A DNA stretch of 64,000 bases from Escherichia coli (GTDB lineage Bacteria > Pseudomonadota > Gammaproteobacteria > Enterobacterales > Enterobacteriaceae), in assembly GCF_003334785.1 (NCBI RefSeq), contig NZ_QOWV01000010.1. The stretch is one strand, 5' to 3'. Shown here piece by piece: positions 9,700 through 20,741 of this stretch. Positions within the stretch are counted from its first letter, which is position 1. Each line of letters opens with the position of its first letter. Made by a program: the position numbers and the translations under genes. The notes under the pieces are model-generated. The model ran no database searches. It was given only the letters and a program-made list of their open reading frames with translations, and was not told the DNA's origin.

Positions 9700-12252
9700 T
9701 CAGAACAATTCCTGTGCCTCGCCATTATCGATAATGGTCGTTCCCACCTCGTGCACTGCCTGTTGTGTCGGCTGCGTACCTTCGATGAAATACTCTTCGC
9801 GGCTGTTGCCACCATTAGCTAACTGCCCGGTGCTGCGATCGATATTCACCGTCACAATACCCGGTGGCGGCGTCAGCGGCTGCTCCGGCACACCTTCAAG
9901 AACGGCTTTCATATAAGCGTCCCATGCAGGCTGGGCACTCTTGGCACCGCCTTCGTAACCTGAGATCTGATCTTTAATCGCTCCGGAAGCCGTTGTATGA
10001 CCGAGATTACGACGGTGATCATCAAAGCCAATCCAGACCGAGGTCACAACGCCCGGACCGTAACCCGAGAACCACGCATCTTTCGAACTGTTAGTGGTCC
10101 CGGTTTTCCCGCCGATATCGCGACGCTGCAAATCACGACCTGCACGCCAGCCAGTACCCTGCCAGCCTGGCTCACCAAAGATATTGGTGTTCAAAGCACT
10201 CTTAATCAGGAATGCCAGCGGAGTGTTGATGACGTGCGGTGCGTACTCCTGCGCGCCAGTCTTCGCCACTAACGCCTGATTTGCCTGCTCCAGCTGCGGC
10301 ATTGGTACAGAAACATTCTGCTGCTCGCGGGAGATAGCGACATCTTCAACATCGTTATTTTCCAGCACGTTCGATTTCTGCGTATCACCGTAAATCACCG
10401 GAATATCGCATTCCGGGCAGGCTACTTTCGGTTTCGCTTCGAAAATCACGCCGCCCTGATCGTTTTCAATTTTGCTGATAAACCACGGGTCCACCAGGAA
10501 GCCGCCGTTCGCCATGACCGCGTAGCCGCGCGCCACCTGCATTGGGGTGAAGGACGCTGAACCCAGCGCCAGCGATTCGGTGTGGACAATGTTTTGTGCC
10601 GGGAAGCCGAAGCGTTGCAGATATTCTGCAGCGTAGTCGACGCCCATCGCCCGCATTGCGCGTACCATCACCACGTTTTTCGACTGACCCAGCCCCTGAC
10701 GTAAGCGAATTGGACCAGCATACTGCGGTGGTGAGTTCTTCGGCTGCCAGTCAGAACCGGCACTTGCATCCCAGCGAGAAATTGGCACATCGTTCAACAT
10801 ACTTGCCAGCGTCAGACCTTTATCCATCGCCGCGGTGTAGAGGAACGGTTTGATGTTGGAACCCACCTGACGCAGTGCCTGGGTGGCGCGGTTAAACTTG
10901 CTCTGATTGAAATCAAAGCCACCGACCAGCGCCATAACGGCACCGTTTTGCGGATTGATCGACACCAGCGCCGAGTTCACTTCCGGCACTTGTGCCAGCC
11001 ACCATGCATCGCCAACCTGACGAACCCAGATTTGCTGACCCGTTTGCAGAACATCGGTCACTTTACGCGGCGTCGGTCCTTGCTGAGTATCCGAACGGTA
11101 AGGACGCGCCCAGCGAACGCCTTCCATACTCAATGCGACGGTCGACCCGTCCGCCAGCATCGCCGTCGCTTGCTGAGGATTGGCGCTGGTGACTGCGGCA
11201 GGCAGCAGCGGACCATAGGTTGGCAGCGCCTTCAGCGTATCGGTAATCTTGTTGTTATCCCACGCCGACTCGCCCACTTTCCACAGCACATTTGCCGGGC
11301 CGCGATAGCCGTGGCGCATGTCGTAGTCCAGCACGTTATTACGTACCGCCTGCTGCGCGGCCTGCTGCACTTTGCGGGTGATGGTGGTGTAAATGCGATA
11401 ACCGTCTTCATAGGCACTTTCGCCATAACGGTTATACATCTCCTGGCGCACCATTTCGCTCAGGTACGGCGCAGAGAAAGCAATCTCCGGCGCGTGATAG
11501 TTAGCGTTAATCGCCTCAGTGCGTGTCTGATCGAACTGTTGTTGGGTGATATACCCTTCATCCAGCATCCGCGACAGCACGACGTTACGCCGCGCGACGG
11601 CACGATCCATCGAGTAGAGCGGGTTGAAGGTGGAAGGCGCTTTCGGCAGCCCGGCTATCACCGCCATTTCGTTCAGCGTCAGTTGGTCGACCGTTTTTCC
11701 GAAATAGACTTGTGCCGCAGCACCGACACCATAGGCGCGGTAACCAAGGTAAATCTTGTTCAGATAAAGCTCGAGGATCTCGTCTTTCGTCAGCAGCTGT
11801 TCAATGCGAATCGCGAGGAAGACTTCCTTAATCTTACGCATCAGCGTGCGTTCTGGACTGAGGAAGAAGTTTCTCGCCAGCTGCTGGGTAATGGTACTTG
11901 CCCCTTGTGACGCGTGACCGGAGAACAGCGCCACGCTTGCTGCACGGAAGATCCCCACCGGGTCAACGCCGTGATGCTCGTAGAAGCGGCTGTCTTCTGT
12001 CGCGATAAAGGCTTTCACCATCTCCGGTGGGATTTGATCCAACGTAACCGGAATACGACGTTTCTCACCGTATTGAGCAATCAGCTCGCCATCGGCGCTG
12101 TAAATCTGCATCGGAATTTGCAGGCGAACATCTTTTAATGTCGCCACATCCGGCAGTTGTGGCTCGATGTAGCGGTATAGGCCATAAATCGAGCCTGCTC
12201 CCAGCAGAATGCAACAGACTGCAAGGATCAAAAAATACTTTACGAACTTCAC
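9700..12252 (-). CDS. mrcA: Penicillin-binding protein 1A (bifunctional transglycosylase/transpeptidase)
   Basis: Translation matches PBP1a, with the transpeptidase SxxK motif inside SNIKP. The product begins at the GTG encoding VKFVKYF (850 aa); the in-frame ATG at 12276 would add 8 residues. Confidence 0.9.
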   Translation of the reverse strand: MKFVKYFLILAVCCILLGAGSIYGLYRYIEPQLPDVATLKDVRLQIPMQIYSADGELIAQYGEKRRIPVTLDQIPPEMVKAFIATEDSRFYEHHGVDPVGIFRAASVALFSGHASQGASTITQQLARNFFLSPERTLMRKIKEVFLAIRIEQLLTKDEILELYLNKIYLGYRAYGVGAAAQVYFGKTVDQLTLNEMAVIAGLPKAPSTFNPLYSMDRAVARRNVVLSRMLDEGYITQQQFDQTRTEAINANYHAPEIAFSAPYLSEMVRQEMYNRYGESAYEDGYRIYTTITRKVQQAAQQAVRNNVLDYDMRHGYRGPANVLWKVGESAWDNNKITDTLKALPTYGPLLPAAVTSANPQQATAMLADGSTVALSMEGVRWARPYRSDTQQGPTPRKVTDVLQTGQQIWVRQVGDAWWLAQVPEVNSALVSINPQNGAVMALVGGFDFNQSKFNRATQALRQVGSNIKPFLYTAAMDKGLTLASMLNDVPISRWDASAGSDWQPKNSPPQYAGPIRLRQGLGQSKNVVMVRAMRAMGVDYAAEYLQRFGFPAQNIVHTESLALGSASFTPMQVARGYAVMANGGFLVDPWFISKIENDQGGVIFEAKPKVACPECDIPVIYGDTQKSNVLENNDVEDVAISREQQNVSVPMPQLEQANQALVAKTGAQEYAPHVINTPLAFLIKSALNTNIFGEPGWQGTGWRAGRDLQRRDIGGKTGTTNSSKDAWFSGYGPGVVTSVWIGFDDHRRNLGHTTASGAIKDQISGYEGGAKSAQPAWDAYMKAVLEGVPEQPLTPPPGIVTVNIDRSTGQLANGGNSREEYFIEGTQPTQQAVHEVGTTIIDNGEAQELF

Positions 12253-12371
12253 TGGAAATTTCCCATTTAGTTTCATTTGGGCAGTTTATAAACAAACGCG
12301 CGGTAGTATAAAGGCAAGCCAGACGCATTGATATACCCGTCAGAGTGACGGGTGATAAGGAGATCATCACA

Positions 12372-13151
12372 ATGGCATTTAAGATCTGGCAAATTGGTTT
12401 GCATTTACAACAGCAAGAAGCGGTAGCGGTTGCGATCGTGCGGGGCGCAAAAGAATGCTTTTTGCAACGCTGGTGGCGGTTGCCGCTGGAGAACGACATT
12501 ATCAAAGATGGGCGGATTGTTGATGCGCAGCAGCTGGCTAAAACGTTGTTACCGTGGAGTCGCGAACTGCCGCAGCGTCATCACATTATGTTGGCGTTTC
12601 CCGCCAGTCGCACATTACAGCGGTCATTTCCGCGCCCGTCGATGTCCCTTGGTGAGCGGGAGCAAACGGCCTGGCTGTCAGGGACGATGGCCCGCGAGCT
12701 GGATATGGATCCGGACTCCCTGCGCTTCGATTACAGCGAAGACTCACTCAGTCCCGCCTATAACGTGACTGCCGCGCAAAGCAAAGAGCTGGCAACGCTG
12801 CTTACTCTGGCAGAAAGGTTGCGTGTTCATGTGAGCGCGATCACCCCGGATGCCAGTGCATTACAGCGATTCCTGCCTTTTTTACCTTCTCATCAGCAAT
12901 GTCTGGCCTGGCGTGATAACGAACAGTGGCTGTGGGCGACGCGCTATAGCTGGGGGCGCAAACTGGCGGTGGGGATGACTAGCGCGAAGGAGCTGGCGGC
13001 AGCGTTATCCGTTGATCCCGAAAGCGTCGCGATATGTGGCGAAGGCGGATTTGATCCCTGGGAGGCCGTTTCTGTTCGTCAGCCGCCGCTACCGCCGCCA
13101 GGTGGAGACTTTGCCATCGCGCTGGGGCTGGCGCTTGGGAAGGCGTACTGA
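12372..13151 (+). CDS. hofM: Type IV pilus / DNA-uptake assembly protein HofM (PilM-like)
   Basis: Divergent from mrcA and first of five tightly linked genes. Start set at MAFKIWQIG (259 aa); the track ORF begins 9 codons earlier. Confidence 0.85.
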   Translation: MAFKIWQIGLHLQQQEAVAVAIVRGAKECFLQRWWRLPLENDIIKDGRIVDAQQLAKTLLPWSRELPQRHHIMLAFPASRTLQRSFPRPSMSLGEREQTAWLSGTMARELDMDPDSLRFDYSEDSLSPAYNVTAAQSKELATLLTLAERLRVHVSAITPDASALQRFLPFLPSHQQCLAWRDNEQWLWATRYSWGRKLAVGMTSAKELAAALSVDPESVAICGEGGFDPWEAVSVRQPPLPPPGGDFAIALGLALGKAY

Positions 13152-13690
13152 TGAACCCGCCAATTAATTTTTTGCCCTGGCGACAGCAACGCCGGACCGC
13201 TTTTCTGCGTTTCTGGTTGCTGATGTTCGTTGCGCCTCTGCTGCTGGCCGTCGGGATAACGCTAATACTGCGTCTGACAGGCAGCGCCGAAGCGCGCATA
13301 GACGCAGTTTTGCTTCAGGCGGAACAACAACTCGCCCGCAGCTTACAGATAACGAAGCCACGTTTGCTGGAGCAACAGCAGTTACGCGAACAGCGTTCGC
13401 AACGGCAGCGCCAGCGACAATTTACCCGCGACTGGCAATCTGCGCTGGAAGCACTGGCGGCGCTTTTACCCGAGCACGCCTGGCTGACAACGATAAGCTG
13501 GCAGCAGGGAACGCTGGAGATCAAGGGGCTGACAACAAGCATTACCGCGTTAAACGCACTAGAAACGTCACTCCGCCAGGATGCATCTTTTCATCTCAAT
13601 CAGCGGGGAGCCACGCAGCAGGATGCGCAGGGACGCTGGCAATTTGAGTATCAGTTAACAAGGAAGGTTAGCGATGAACATGTTCTTTGA
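13151..13690 (+). CDS. hofN: HofN (PilN-like)
   Basis: 179-aa ORF with an N-terminal transmembrane segment; start overlaps the hofM stop. Confidence 0.85.
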   Translation: MNPPINFLPWRQQRRTAFLRFWLLMFVAPLLLAVGITLILRLTGSAEARIDAVLLQAEQQLARSLQITKPRLLEQQQLREQRSQRQRQRQFTRDWQSALEALAALLPEHAWLTTISWQQGTLEIKGLTTSITALNALETSLRQDASFHLNQRGATQQDAQGRWQFEYQLTRKVSDEHVL

Positions 13691-14114
13691 CTGGTGGTTC
13701 GCCACATCACCCCGCCTCCGCCAGCTTTGCTGGGCATTCTGGTTGCTGATGTTAGTTACGCTCATTTTTCTGTCATCGACACACCATGAAGAGCGCGACG
13801 CATTAATTCGACTACGGGCAAGTCATCACCAGCAGTGGGCCGCACTGTATCGCCTGGTAGACACCACTCCCTTCAGCGAGGAAAAAACGCTGCCCTTTTC
13901 GCCACTGGATTTTCAGTTATCCGGCGCGCAACTGGTTTCCTGGCATCCATCCGCGCAGGGAGGCGAGTTGGCGTTGAAAACGCTGTGGGAAGCAGTGCCG
14001 TCGGCATTTACACGGCTGGCAGAGCGCAACGTCAGCGTGAGCCGTTTTTCGTTAAGCGTGGAAGGTGATGATCTTTTGTTCACGCTACAACTGGAGACGC
14101 CGCATGAGGGTTAA
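13674..14114 (+). CDS. hofO: HofO (PilO-like)
   Basis: 146-aa ORF with an N-terminal transmembrane segment; overlaps the hofN 3' end by 17 nt. Confidence 0.8.
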   Translation: MNMFFDWWFATSPRLRQLCWAFWLLMLVTLIFLSSTHHEERDALIRLRASHHQQWAALYRLVDTTPFSEEKTLPFSPLDFQLSGAQLVSWHPSAQGGELALKTLWEAVPSAFTRLAERNVSVSRFSLSVEGDDLLFTLQLETPHEG

Positions 14115-14508
14115 ACGCTGGTTGTTGGCAGGTATTGCATTGTGCCTTTTAACCGGTATGCGTGACCCTTTTAAACCGCCGGAAGATCTATGCCGGATTA
14201 GCGAACTTAGCCAGTGGCGCTATCAGGGGATGGTAGGGCGAGGCGAGCGCATCATCGGTGTAATAAAAGACGGGCAAAAGAAATGGCGACGGGTGCAGCA
14301 AAACGATGTGCTGGAAAACGGCTGGACAATTTTACAGCTGACGCCAGACGTACTAACGCTGGGTACCGGGACAAACTGCGAACCGCCACAATGGTTGTGG
14401 CAACGGCAAGGAGATACAAATGAAGCAATGGATAGCCGCACTACTGTTGATGCTGATACCCGGCGTACAGGCGGCAAAGCCGCAAAAAGTGACGCTGATG
14501 GTGGATGA
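14104..14508 (+). CDS. hofP: HofP (PilP-like lipoprotein)
   Basis: Start set at the ATG for MRVKRWLLAGIALCLLTG (signal peptide with lipobox-like LTGM), 134 aa; the track ORF starts at an upstream GTG. Confidence 0.8.
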   Translation: MRVKRWLLAGIALCLLTGMRDPFKPPEDLCRISELSQWRYQGMVGRGERIIGVIKDGQKKWRRVQQNDVLENGWTILQLTPDVLTLGTGTNCEPPQWLWQRQGDTNEAMDSRTTVDADTRRTGGKAAKSDADGG

Positions 14509-15658
14509 CGTTCCGGTAGCTCAGGTGTTGCAGGCGCTGGCTGAACAGGAGAAGTTGAACCTGGTCGTGTCGCCAGACGTCAGCGGTACGGTGTCGTTAC
14601 ATCTAACAGATGTTCCCTGGAAGCAGGCACTACAAACTGTAGTGAAAAGCGCCGGACTGATAACGCGGCAGGAAGGCAACATTCTCTCAGTGCATTCCAT
14701 TGCCTGGCAGAATAACAATATCGCCCGCCAGGAGGCGGAGCAGGCGCGGGCGCAGGCAAATCTGCCGCTGGAAAATCGCAGTATAACCCTGCAATACGCC
14801 GACGCGGGAGAACTGGCGAAAGCGGGGGAGAAGCTACTGAGTGCCAAAGGGAGTATGACCGTCGATAAACGCACCAATCGCCTTTTGCTACGAGATAACA
14901 AAACGGCGTTAAGCGCGCTTGAACAGTGGGTAGCGCAAATGGATCTGCCGGTCGGGCAGGTTGAGCTGTCGGCGCATATTGTCACCATTAATGAAAAAAG
15001 TTTGCGTGAGTTAGGCGTGAAATGGACGCTGGCCGATGCGCAACACGCTGGTGGCGTTGGGCAAGTCACCACGCTTGGTAGCGACCTCTCCGTAGCGACG
15101 GCGACAACGCATGTCGGTTTTAACATTGGGCGCATCAACGGACGCTTGCTGGATCTTGAGCTTTCCGCGCTCGAACAAAAACAGCAGCTGGATATTATCG
15201 CCAGTCCGCGTCTGCTGGCCTCACATCTTCAGCCTGCCAGCATTAAACAGGGGAGCGAAATTCCATATCAGGTTTCCAGCGGGGAAAGTGGCGCGACGTC
15301 GGTGGAATTTAAAGAGGCCGTCCTGGGGATGGAGGTCACGCCCACGGTGTTACAAAAAGGTCGCATCCGGCTGAAATTACACATCAGCCAGAACGTTCCG
15401 GGGCAGGTGCTACAGCAGGCCGATGGCGAAGTGCTGGCGATTGATAAGCAGGAGATCGAAACGCAGGTCGAGGTCAAAAGCGGAGAAACGTTGGCGCTGG
15501 GCGGCATTTTTACCCGTAAAAATAAATCGGGTCAGGATAGCGTACCGTTGCTTGGCGACATTCCCTGGTTCGGGCAATTATTTCGTCATGACGGAAAAGA
15601 AGATGAACGACGCGAGTTAGTGGTGTTTATCACGCCACGACTGGTTTCCAGTGAGTAA
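14420..15658 (+). CDS. hofQ: Secretin HofQ (PilQ/ComE-like outer-membrane channel)
   Basis: 412-aa ORF with a signal peptide (MKQWIAALLLMLIPGVQA) and secretin C-terminal domain; overlaps the hofP 3' end. Confidence 0.85.
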   Translation: MKQWIAALLLMLIPGVQAAKPQKVTLMVDDVPVAQVLQALAEQEKLNLVVSPDVSGTVSLHLTDVPWKQALQTVVKSAGLITRQEGNILSVHSIAWQNNNIARQEAEQARAQANLPLENRSITLQYADAGELAKAGEKLLSAKGSMTVDKRTNRLLLRDNKTALSALEQWVAQMDLPVGQVELSAHIVTINEKSLRELGVKWTLADAQHAGGVGQVTTLGSDLSVATATTHVGFNIGRINGRLLDLELSALEQKQQLDIIASPRLLASHLQPASIKQGSEIPYQVSSGESGATSVEFKEAVLGMEVTPTVLQKGRIRLKLHISQNVPGQVLQQADGEVLAIDKQEIETQVEVKSGETLALGGIFTRKNKSGQDSVPLLGDIPWFGQLFRHDGKEDERRELVVFITPRLVSSE

Positions 15659-16058
15659 ACAGCCGTAAAAGCGGTAATGTTTTTACGCTGAACGTGTTTC
15701 ATCTATTTGACGCGCGCAGGTATTTAGCATACAAGGAGTACCGATTTGAGAGTTGGTGCTCTTCGCTGCCTGCGTTCCATGATGATGATTTATCATTCAG
15801 GCGGCATTTTGCTGTCTTTTTTACGCTAATCTTACCCGGTGATTTATCGCCAGAGCGGTGGTAGCAAGGCAGCGCGCTTGCAGCGACCAGATATGCAGAG
15901 GGATGGGTGATTTATTCAGTTGCCAAACCCGCTGGAGTATTGAGATAATTTTCAGTCTGACTCTCGCAATATCTTATGAGGTTTCAGTTCATGTCCTGCG
16001 GCGCTCTCTGAGCGAAGCGGGTTTATCATTAACGAATAGTCTTAGTAGTACCGAAAAA

Positions 16059-16580
16059 ATGGCAGAGAAACGCAATATCTTTCTGGTTGGGCCTATGGGT
16101 GCCGGAAAAAGCACTATTGGGCGCCAGTTAGCTCAACAACTCAATATGGAATTTTACGATTCCGATCAAGAGATTGAGAAACGAACCGGAGCTGATGTGG
16201 GCTGGGTTTTCGATTTAGAAGGCGAAGAAGGCTTCCGCGATCGCGAAGAAAAGGTCATCAATGAGTTGACCGAGAAACAGGGTATTGTGCTGGCTACTGG
16301 CGGCGGCTCTGTGAAATCCCGTGAAACGCGTAACCGTCTTTCCGCTCGTGGCGTTGTCGTTTATCTTGAAACGACCATCGAAAAGCAACTTGCACGCACG
16401 CAGCGTGATAAAAAACGCCCGTTGCTGCACGTTGAAACACCGCCGCGTGAAGTTCTGGAAGCGTTGGCCAATGAACGCAATCCGCTGTATGAAGAGATTG
16501 CCGACGTGACCATTCGTACTGATGATCAAAGCGCTAAAGTGGTTGCAAACCAGATTATTCACATGCTGGAAAGCAACTAA
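16059..16580 (+). CDS. aroK: Shikimate kinase I
   Basis: 173-aa product from [19 protein letters not shown] (Walker A). The track ORF 15858..16580 is an in-frame upstream extension. Confidence 0.95.
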   Translation: MAEKRNIFLVGPMGAGKSTIGRQLAQQLNMEFYDSDQEIEKRTGADVGWVFDLEGEEGFRDREEKVINELTEKQGIVLATGGGSVKSRETRNRLSARGVVVYLETTIEKQLARTQRDKKRPLLHVETPPREVLEALANERNPLYEEIADVTIRTDDQSAKVVANQIIHMLESN

Positions 16581-16636
16581 TTCTGGCTTTATATACACTC
16601 GTCTGCGGGTACAGTAATTAAGGTGGATGTCGCGTT

Positions 16637-17725
16637 ATGGAGAGGATTGTCGTTACTCTCGGGGAACGTAGTTACCCAATTACCATCGCATCTGGTTTGT
16701 TTAATGAACCAGCTTCATTCTTACCGCTGAAATCGGGCGAGCAGGTCATGTTGGTCACCAACGAAACCCTGGCTCCTCTGTATCTCGATAAGGTCCGCGG
16801 CGTACTTGAACAGGCGGGTGTTAACGTCGATAGCGTTATCCTCCCTGACGGCGAGCAGTATAAAAGCCTGGCTGTACTCGATACCGTCTTTACGGCGTTG
16901 TTACAAAAACCGCATGGTCGCGATACTACGCTGGTGGCGCTTGGCGGCGGCGTAGTGGGCGATCTGACCGGCTTCGCGGCGGCGAGTTATCAGCGCGGTG
17001 TCCGTTTCATTCAAGTCCCGACGACGTTACTGTCGCAGGTCGATTCCTCCGTTGGCGGCAAAACTGCGGTCAACCATCCCCTCGGTAAAAACATGATTGG
17101 CGCGTTCTACCAACCTGCTTCAGTGGTGGTGGATCTCGACTGTCTGAAAACGCTTCCCCCGCGTGAGTTAGCGTCGGGGCTGGCAGAAGTCATCAAATAC
17201 GGCATTATTCTTGACGGTGCGTTTTTTAACTGGCTGGAAGAGAATCTGGATGCGTTGTTGCGTCTGGACGGTCCGGCAATGGCGTACTGTATTCGCCGTT
17301 GTTGTGAACTGAAGGCAGAAGTTGTCGCCGCCGACGAGCGCGAAACCGGGTTACGTGCTTTACTGAATCTGGGACACACCTTTGGTCATGCCATTGAAGC
17401 TGAAATGGGGTATGGCAATTGGTTACATGGTGAAGCGGTCGCTGCGGGTATGGTGATGGCGGCGCGGACGTCGGAACGTCTCGGGCAGTTTAGTTCTGCC
17501 GAAACGCAGCGTATTATAACCCTGCTCAAGCGGGCTGGGTTACCGGTCAATGGGCCGCGCGAAATGTCCGCGCAGGCGTATTTACCGCATATGCTGCGTG
17601 ACAAGAAAGTCCTTGCGGGAGAGATGCGCTTAATTCTTCCGTTGGCAATTGGTAAGAGTGAAGTTCGCAGCGGCGTTTCGCACGAGCTTGTTCTTAACGC
17701 CATTGCCGATTGTCAATCAGCGTAA
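16637..17725 (+). CDS. aroB: 3-dehydroquinate synthase
   Basis: 362-aa translation matches AroB; immediately downstream of aroK. Confidence 0.95.
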
Positions 17726-17816
17726 CAACAAGAAAGGTCAGGCCGCTTATCAAGCGGTCTATTAGCTTCAGGTTAATTGCAACGTGGTAAGCATTAACCT
17801 TTTAGTGGGGTGTTAA

Positions 17817-19103
17817 ATGGATGAATTCAAACCAGAAGACGAGCTGAAACCCGATCCCAGCGATCGTCGTACTGGTCGTTCTCGTCAATCTTCTGAACGT
17901 TCTGAGCGTACTGAACGTGGCGAACCGCAGATCAATTTTGATGATATTGAACTTGATGACACTGACGATCGCCGTCCGACTCGTGCGCAAAAAGAGCGCA
18001 ATGAGGAACCGGAAATCGAAGAAGAAATTGACGAATCCGAAGATGAAACCGTGGATGAAGAGCGCGTAGAGCGTCGTCCGCGTAAGCGCAAAAAAGCAGC
18101 CAGTAAACCCGCTTCTCGTCAGTATATGATGATGGGCGTCGGCATTCTGGTTCTACTGCTGTTGATCATCGGTATCGGTTCTGCGCTAAAAGCCCCCTCG
18201 ACCACTTCCAGCGATCAAACCGCGTCTGGCGAGAAGAGTATTGATCTTGCTGGCAATGCGACCGATCAGGCGAATGGCGTGCAGCCAGCGCCGGGAACCA
18301 CGTCTGCGGAAAATACTCAGCAGGATGTTTCTCTGCCACCGATCTCTTCTACGCCGACTCAAGGGCAAACCCCGGTGGCAACGGATGGTCAACAACGTGT
18401 TGAAGTGCAGGGTGACCTGAACAATGCGCTGACCCAGCCACAAAATCAGCAACAGCTGAACAATGTGGCGGTCAATTCCACGTTGCCGACTGAACCCGCA
18501 ACGGTTGCGCCTGTTCGCAATGGCAATGCATCGCGTGACACGGCGAAAACGCAAACCGCTGAACGTCCGTCCACTACGCGCCCAGCTCGTCAGCAGGCGG
18601 TGATTGAACCGAAAAAACCGCAAGCAACCGTGAAAACGGAGCCGAAGCCGGTAGCACAGACGCCGAAGCGTACTGAACCAGCTGCCCCTGTGGCGAGCAC
18701 GAAGGCACCGGCTGCGACTTCTACGCCAGCACCAAAAGAGACGGCGACTACGGCTCCAGTACAGACGGCATCCCCGGCGCAAACCACGGCAACACCCGCT
18801 GCTGGGGCGAAGACCGCAGGTAATGTTGGTTCGTTGAAATCGGCACCGTCCAGCCATTACACTCTGCAGCTGAGCAGTTCCTCTAACTACGACAACCTGA
18901 ACGGTTGGGCGAAGAAAGAGAATCTGAAAAACTACGTTGTCTATGAAACGACGCGTAATGGTCAGCCGTGGTATGTCCTGGTTTCTGGCGTGTACGCTTC
19001 GAAAGAAGAGGCGAAAAAAGCGGTATCTACATTGCCAGCAGATGTCCAGGCCAAAAACCCGTGGGCGAAACCGCTGCGTCAGGTACAGGCCGATCTGAAG
19101 TAA
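17817..19103 (+). CDS. damX: Cell-division protein DamX (SPOR domain)
   Basis: 428 aa: acidic N-terminus, one transmembrane segment, a long Pro/Thr/Ala/Gln-rich linker and a C-terminal SPOR-like domain; upstream of dam. Confidence 0.9.
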
Positions 19104-19209
19104 TCAAGGTTATCTCCCGCAATGGTTTATCGTTGCGGGAGTTGCCTGAAGCGCTGGATGCTGTCGGAGCTTTCTCCACAGCCGGAGAAGGTGTAATTAG
19201 TTAGTCAGC

Positions 19210-20046
19210 ATGAAGAAAAATCGCGCTTTTTTGAAGTGGGCAGGGGGCAAGTATCCCCTGCTTGATGATATTAAACGGCATTTGCCCAAGGGCGAATGTC
19301 TGGTTGAGCCTTTTGTAGGTGCCGGGTCGGTGTTTCTCAACACCGACTTTTCTCGTTATATCCTTGCCGATATCAATAGCGACCTGATCAGTCTCTATAA
19401 CATTGTGAAGATGCGTACTGATGAGTACGTACAGGCCGCACGCGAGCTGTTTGTTCCCGAAACAAATTGCGCCGAGGTTTACTATCAGTTCCGCGAAGAG
19501 TTCAACAAAAGCCAGGATCCGTTCCGTCGGGCGGTACTGTTTTTATATTTGAACCGCTACGGTTACAACGGCCTGTGTCGTTACAATCTGCGCGGTGAGT
19601 TTAACGTGCCGTTCGGCCGCTACAAAAAACCCTATTTCCCGGAAGCAGAGTTGTATCACTTCGCTGAAAAAGCGCAGAATGCCTTTTTCTATTGTGAGTC
19701 TTACGCCGATAGCATGGCGCGCGCAGATGATGCATCCGTCGTCTATTGCGATCCGCCTTATGCACCGCTGTCTGCGACCGCCAACTTTACGGCGTATCAC
19801 ACAAACAGTTTTACGCTTGAACAACAAGCGCATCTGGCGGAGATCGCCGAAGGTCTGGTTGAGCGCCATATTCCAGTGCTGATCTCCAATCACGATACGA
19901 TGTTAACGCGTGAGTGGTATCAGCGCGCAAAATTGCATGTCGTCAAAGTTCGACGCAGTATAAGCAGCAACGGCGGCACACGTAAAAAGGTGGACGAACT
20001 GCTGGCTTTGTACAAACCAGGAGTCGTTTCACCCGCGAAAAAATAA
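19210..20046 (+). CDS. dam: DNA adenine methyltransferase (GATC-specific)
   Basis: 278 aa with the SAM-binding motif ([10 protein letters not shown]) and catalytic DPPY motif. Confidence 0.95.
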
Positions 20047-20063
20047 TTCTCAAGGAGAAGCGG

Positions 20064-20741
20064 ATGAAACAGTATTTGATTGCCCCCTCAATTCTGTCGG
20101 CTGATTTTGCCCGCCTGGGTGAAGATACCGCAAAAGCCCTGGCAGCTGGCGCTGATGTCGTGCATTTTGACGTCATGGATAACCACTATGTTCCCAATCT
20201 GACGATTGGGCCAATGGTGCTGAAATCCTTGCGTAACTATGGCATTACCGCCCCTATCGACGTACACCTGATGGTGAAACCCGTCGATCGCATTGTGCCT
20301 GATTTCGCTGCCGCTGGTGCCAGCATCATTACCTTTCATCCAGAAGCCTCCGAGCATGTTGACCGCACGCTGCAACTGATTAAAGAAAATGGCTGTAAAG
20401 CGGGTCTGGTATTTAACCCGGCGACACCTCTGAGCTATCTGGATTACGTGATGGATAAGCTGGATGTGATCCTGCTGATGTCCGTCAACCCTGGTTTCGG
20501 CGGTCAGTCTTTCATTCCTCAAACACTGGATAAACTGCGCGAAGTACGTCGCCGTATCGACGAGTCTGGCTTTGACATTCGACTAGAAGTGGACGGTGGC
20601 GTGAAGGTGAACAACATTGGCGAAATCGCTGCGGCGGGCGCGGATATGTTCGTCGCCGGTTCGGCAATCTTCGACCAGCCAGACTACAAAAAAGTCATTG
20701 ATGAAATGCGCAGTGAACTGGCAAAGGTAAGTCATGAATAA
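20064..20741 (+). CDS. rpe: Ribulose-phosphate 3-epimerase
   Basis: 225-aa translation matches Rpe; overlaps the gph start by 8 nt. Confidence 0.95.
   Translation: MKQYLIAPSILSADFARLGEDTAKALAAGADVVHFDVMDNHYVPNLTIGPMVLKSLRNYGITAPIDVHLMVKPVDRIVPDFAAAGASIITFHPEASEHVDRTLQLIKENGCKAGLVFNPATPLSYLDYVMDKLDVILLMSVNPGFGGQSFIPQTLDKLREVRRRIDESGFDIRLEVDGGVKVNNIGEIAAAGADMFVAGSAIFDQPDYKKVIDEMRSELAKVSHE

Noticed and set aside
10948-11910. 320-aa ORF on the plus strand
   Set aside because: Antisense to mrcA (PBP1a); Arg/His-rich low-complexity translation typical of a shadow ORF.
15858-16058. In-frame N-terminal extension that would make aroK 240 aa
   Set aside because: The shikimate kinase fold begins at [19 protein letters not shown]; the upstream 67 codons have no kinase similarity and cover the promoter region.
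18186-18857. 223-aa Arg/Cys/Trp-rich ORF on the minus strand
   Set aside because: Antisense to the Pro/Thr/Ala/Gln-rich linker of damX; the composition is the complement of that low-complexity region, not an independent gene.
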